The position numbers were made by a program, and so were the translations under genes. 9,414 nucleotides of DNA from contig VRVR01000035.1 of NCBI GenBank assembly GCA_009859145.1, positions 240,140 through 249,553 on the forward strand. Direction: 5' to 3'. The stretch comes from Andalucia godoyi And28. Lineage: Eukaryota; Protista; Jakobida. Below, piece by piece: positions 6,202-9,414 of this stretch. The notes under the pieces were generated by a model that searched no databases, had not been told where the DNA came from, and was given only the letters and a program-made list of their open reading frames with translations. How positions within the stretch are numbered: the stretch's first letter is position 1; every line of letters starts with the position of its first letter.

Positions 6202-8469
6202 TCACTGATAGGGATTCGAGGACGCGGAAGCGTGTGACGCGGTTGCAAAGAACGCTGCGTTTTGGGCCAATGACCACCGTGCAGAGGAAACGCGGTGCAG
6301 GTCTTGGTGCGCCAGGCGCGGGTCGTCCCATGTAGTGGTGCGCATGTTGTGGTCGATAAAGTATACGCGTCCGGAGGCAGGATCGGTGCGCTGTTCCCAT
6401 CCCGTCGGCAGATCGCTGGTTGGGCAGGGGGTCTGCATGGACGGCGCATAGTTGGCGGCAGGCACTGGAGCGGCAACAGACACATTGTTCACAGGCTGCG
6501 CAACAAACGGCATCGCTGGCTTCGGGTTGCCATACGACGTATTTTGATATAGCAACGAAGTCGGCATCGCCCCGTATGGATTGCTCGGCGCACCAAAAGA
6601 GGTCGGTGTGGAGTAGGACGACCCTCCAGCGCCAACTGAAGTGGGTGCAATGGACGAGAGTGGTGCGGAGACTAGCGGAGTGCCGTAGGGTGAGGAGGTT
6701 GTTTGCGGGATTTGAGGCTGCGGCTGGGTCTGTGGACGCAGGGGTCCGAGGTTCGGCGTTGGGCCAATGACAACGGCTGCGCTGTTCGGGCCGGAATACG
6801 GAGTCGATGCGGCGCCGAGTGTCAGTGGAGCCGCAACAACGCCAGATCCATACTGCAATCCGTATGGAACTGGCTGCGTCGAACTGCCATACGGAAATCC
6901 CGCGGTAGCTGTTGGTGCTGCTGGTGCTGGTGCTGGTGCTGCTGGAACAACAGCCGGAGATGGGTGGATGCTGATGACGGGTGCCTGCACGAGGGGTACC
7001 GGAGTGGGCTGCGGCCCATACGGGGAGGAACTGCTCAGCGACGGAGAGAGGCCTCCGAAAGGCAAAGCCGTGTTTAACAAAGAATTTGCAGGATACGGGG
7101 TGCTGACGCCGGTCGAGAGTGGAAGCTGCGGCTGCTGCGGCTGCTGCTGAGGCAACTGCGGCTGTGGTTGCTGCTGAGCGGATTGGGCTGGAGGAATGGG
7201 CATAGGCAACCGGGTGTCTGGAGCAAGTGAGCCAAGCAGAGCCTTTCCAGAGTGAACTCCCGTTTCGTTGCGCACACCACCGACCATCTGGCCAAGCACC
7301 GGGACGTTTGCCAGAAACAAGAGACCTGAAAACGTGCCAATGATCAACCCTGAAGGACCGACAATGGACTCGGAAACGTTCACTGCATTGGAAGGTGGCC
7401 AGCTTGCGGATCCAAGCCCGCTTATATACTTGCTAATGGACATCAACGCAGAACCCAATACTGCGTCTTCTCCGGTTCGTGCACTTCGAAATGAAAATGT
7501 GACGGACCCGTTCAGAAATTCAGCGAGCGACACCTCACGAAACAGCTGCGGTGCGTCGTGCCATGTGGAGCTGAAACCTGACCCGTTCGTGATGACGCAC
7601 GACTGCTTTGCAGTCGCTACCTTTTGTTTTTGCTCCCAATCCGAAGTCCACTGATACACAAGATATGCATTCGCATGCGGCTGTCCCGCAAGCGCTGTCC
7701 CGACAACCGAGATCTGCGCAGACAGTTCTTTGAAAGTAAACACTACTTCTGAAATATTTTCAAAAACACAACGGAAGGAAATGCGGCCTGCGGGGACACC
7801 GTTCTTTCGAAGCAGCAAGTCATGATGAACAGGCCCAGTCGCAAGAGACTCGAGGTCCACAGTCACTGAGCCAATCAGCACATTGGTCCCAAAACGACTA
7901 TAGTCATACACTTCCAGCAAAAACTCCTTCTTGTCCAGAAACTTCACGTGTCGCGTCTCGTACTTAAACTCGATGACGTGGTCCGTCCAGCTGGCATCTC
8001 GTGCTAATGACCAGACGAAAAAAATACCAGGATACTGTGAATCGCTCACATGCGCAGAAAATAAACAAGGAGAGAAAGAAGGGGAGAGGAGGAGGAGGAG
8101 AAGAAGAAGAAGAAGAAGAAGAAGAAGAAGAAGAAGAAGAAGAAGAAGAAGAAGAAGAAGAAGAAGAAGAAGAAGAAGAAGAAGAAGGGATAAAAGGCAG
8201 CATACTTTTAGGGAAATGCGAAGTCTTGAAAGTTCGGAAATGGTCAAAGTCCCCTTGGATGTAAGGATCGGGTTCCTTATGACTGGAATTCGGAAGAAAA
8301 GTGAGGGAAGGAAGCAGAGAGAACAGCGTGTATTGAACACCGTGAGCAATGCAATCAACATAAGCAACGGACAGCAGCAAAGGATACAGGGGTAAACATA
8401 CGAAGAAGTCAGTGGTAGATTAGAAACTGCAAAGTTGGACACATGAACACGAAACAAGGACGCGGACAT
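6202..8469 (-). CDS. C2-domain + second C2-like domain + Pro/Gln/Tyr-rich region + C-terminal WW protein; exons 8469-8402, 8282-8206, 8003-6202
   Basis: Splicing restores a contiguous C2 domain: MSASLFRVHVSNFAVSNLPLTSS|HKEPDPYIQGDFDHFRTFKTSHFPK|TRDASW...FLLEVYDYSRFGTNVLIGSVTVDL. Splice phases match (2/2, 1/1). Second C2-like region: VVFTFKELSA...AYLVYQW...STW...VTFSF..GEDAVLGSALMSIS. WW: LPTGWEQRTDPASGRVYFIDHNMRTTTWDDPR (6411-6316). Stop TGA 6204-6202. An upstream in-frame ATG at 8580 is an alternative start. Confidence 0.82.
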   Translation of the reverse strand: MSASLFRVHVSNFAVSNLPLTSSYVYPCILCCCPLLMLIALLTVFNTRCSLCFLPSLFFRIPVIRNPILTSKGTLTISELSRLRISLKVCCLLSLLLLLLLLLLLLLLLLLLLLLLLLLLLLLLLLLLSPSFSPCLFSAHVSDSQYPGIFFVWSLARDASWTDHVIEFKYETRHVKFLDKKEFLLEVYDYSRFGTNVLIGSVTVDLESLATGPVHHDLLLRKNGVPAGRISFRCVFENISEVVFTFKELSAQISVVGTALAGQPHANAYLVYQWTSDWEQKQKVATAKQSCVITNGSGFSSTWHDAPQLFREVSLAEFLNGSVTFSFRSARTGEDAVLGSALMSISKYISGLGSASWPPSNAVNVSESIVGPSGLIIGTFSGLLFLANVPVLGQMVGGVRNETGVHSGKALLGSLAPDTRLPMPIPPAQSAQQQPQPQLPQQQPQQPQLPLSTGVSTPYPANSLLNTALPFGGLSPSLSSSSPYGPQPTPVPLVQAPVISIHPSPAVVPAAPAPAPAAPTATAGFPYGSSTQPVPYGLQYGSGVVAAPLTLGAASTPYSGPNSAAVVIGPTPNLGPLRPQTQPQPQIPQTTSSPYGTPLVSAPLSSIAPTSVGAGGSSYSTPTSFGAPSNPYGAMPTSLLYQNTSYGNPKPAMPFVAQPVNNVSVAAPVPAANYAPSMQTPCPTSDLPTGWEQRTDPASGRVYFIDHNMRTTTWDDPRLAHQDLHRVSSARWSLAQNAAFFATASHASASSNPYQ
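8004..8205 (-). other. Intron 2 of the C2-WW gene (202 nt, GTATGC...TCATTAG)
   Basis: Donor GT 8205-8204, acceptor AG 8005-8004. Joining gives K-T-R-D-A-S-W, matching the C2 KT.NP.W motif. Contains the CTT repeat. Confidence 0.8.
8086..8187. repeat. Compound microsatellite (GAG)5(AAG)29 inside a 124-nt pure-purine tract (8067-8190)
   Basis: Direct read. The transcript strand reads (CTT)29(CTC)5. Confidence 0.97.
8283..8401 (-). other. Intron 1 of the C2-WW gene (119 nt, GTATGT...polypyrimidine...TTCCAG)
   Basis: Donor GT 8401-8400, acceptor AG 8284-8283. Joining links exon 1 to the DPYIQ C2 strand, which the ORF track shows in another frame (ORF 7964..8380). Confidence 0.82.
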
Positions 8470-8605
8470 GTGTTGCGCAAATCGGTCGCCACTCTCTAGG
8501 CCTTTGGATAGCTCGGTAGAACAGGGTCGGTCACTCAGAACACCAGACACCAAAGATCCGAGAAAGGACTGCAAAAGCATCTATATGGCAAGTGCGGGGA
8601 TCGAC

Positions 8606-8615
8606 TAGTGATGCG
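8606..8615 (+). mobile_element. Candidate terminal inverted repeat (one end) of the hAT element: TAGTGATGCG
   Basis: Resembles Ac-type hAT termini (TAGGGATGAAA) and lies ~170 nt beyond the 3' end of the transposase remnant. The partner end would be outside the window, so this is unconfirmed. Confidence 0.3.
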
Positions 8616-8771
8616 AAAAAGCGGCAGTTTTCTGACGGCTAGCGGGCTGACAAGGCACTGCAGCAGTTCGCCAGCGGTGGCAGGTAATCATCAAACTACT
8701 GCTCCTATTTGAAGTGATCGCACAAAGAAATCTTTATTATTGGTCACAAAGACGATTCGAATTGAAGGGCA

Positions 8772-9414
8772 TCAATTAGAGTCGTCGATTTCCGAGGCAA
8801 CTTGCGAATGTGAGGAGCGAACAGCTATGTTTGCTGGTGCTCCATCCATTTCCTCGAGAGCCATATACGCTTTTTTGTGTCAGACAGAGCCGCATCCGGA
8901 ATGCAGCTCTCGTAATTACCTCGGATTAGCAACATGTTGCTAAACGGTTCGTGGAAGTCGTCGTCGGCGCCTGTCAGAGATACATTGCCCAGAGACCGAA
9001 AAGACTCGACTTCCACTATCTTACTCTTTTTTGATATTCCAGCAAGTCTCTCGCTGCTTTGTTGCTGCGATTGAAAAATTCAATGAGCTTCTTTGCTCTG
9101 TCGACGATGTGCTGCAAAATTGGGTTGTCAAATGCTCCCTGGACTGCCAGCTGCAGTGTGTGAATGAAGCAGCGAGAGTGTGGCAGTCCTGCGTTGACTA
9201 TTGCATTCACCTGAACATCGGCATTGTCTGAAGTCACAGAAACAACTTGCTCCTTTGTAATACCGTATTCTGACAAACACTGATCCAGCGAAGTGGTCAG
9301 AACATCAGTCGATTCCGATGAGGACATGCATTTAAGCAGCAGCGAAACCATTCGAAACTTTTCATCAATGAAGTGTCCGGTCGCGGCAACGTAATGATGC
9401 CCACTCTTTGAGGG
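8772..9414 (-). pseudogene. hAT-superfamily (Ac/ZBED1-like) transposase, 5' part outside the window, 3' part degenerate and truncated
   Basis: Open from the window edge: PSKSGHHYVAATGHFIDEKFRMVSLLL (cf. WTS...Y..VTAHFID..W.L), VTSDNA (second catalytic Asp 9228-9226), CFIHTLQLAV (CxxH motif 9171-9160), KKLIEFFNRS. Beyond 9016 there are stops, a frameshift and only a degenerate EVITR...TQK segment. The third catalytic Glu and the dimerisation domain are absent. Confidence 0.85.
8971..9024 (-). other. Probable 54-nt intron in the hAT transposase (GTAAGA...CTGACAG)
   Basis: Consensus donor at 9024, CTGAC immediately before the acceptor AG 8972-8971. Removal deletes two in-frame stops (TAG 9018-9016 and a TGA) and keeps the frame into ..NRLAT..SEVITR. 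Confidence 0.5.

Noticed and set aside
7931-8395. Poly-Arg, poly-Glu, poly-Ser and poly-Leu ORFs over the GAA repeat
   Set aside because: These are translations of an intronic microsatellite. Only the DPYIQGDFDHFRTFKT part of ORF 7964..8380 is coding, as exon 2.
8470-8580. 37-aa N-terminal extension of the C2-WW protein as a targeting peptide
   Set aside because: No clear signal- or transit-peptide character. It cannot be distinguished from 5'UTR without transcript data.
8926-9018. Stop-codon reassignment to explain in-frame TAG/TGA/TAA in the transposase
   Set aside because: Intact genes here end in both TGA and TAA and have no internal stops. An intron plus decay explains the stops more simply.
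1-9414. CRISPR arrays, tRNA/rRNA genes, spliced-leader or prokaryotic features
   Set aside because: No spaced direct repeats or recognisable structural RNA motifs were seen. Pyrimidine tracts are accounted for by cis-introns and UTRs.

Overview
Gene-dense eukaryotic DNA, probably from a protist. It uses the standard genetic code and short GT-AG introns; the taxon cannot be assigned from this window. Left to right: (i) a (CT)n tract and a possible terminal exon of an upstream gene; (ii) a PCIF1/CAPAM-like cap m6Am methyltransferase on + with an intact NPPF motif but no visible WW domain; (iii) three consecutive minus-strand genes with ubiquitin-system domains: an ~830-aa protein joining an RBR-type RING1-IBR to a MYCBP2/Highwire-type RING-Cys-relay (RCR) module, an F-box/LRR protein, and a 3-exon C2-C2/PY-rich/WW protein resembling a HECT-less NEDD4 N-terminus, with (CTT)29 in intron 2; (iv) a degenerate, truncated hAT transposase running off the right edge, with a candidate terminal inverted repeat (TIR) just upstream of the C2-WW gene. 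The most interesting item is the RING1-IBR/RCR hybrid ligase, which has a much longer mediator loop and an altered acceptor pocket. All family calls are by-eye motif matches against remembered consensus sequences; no searches were run.
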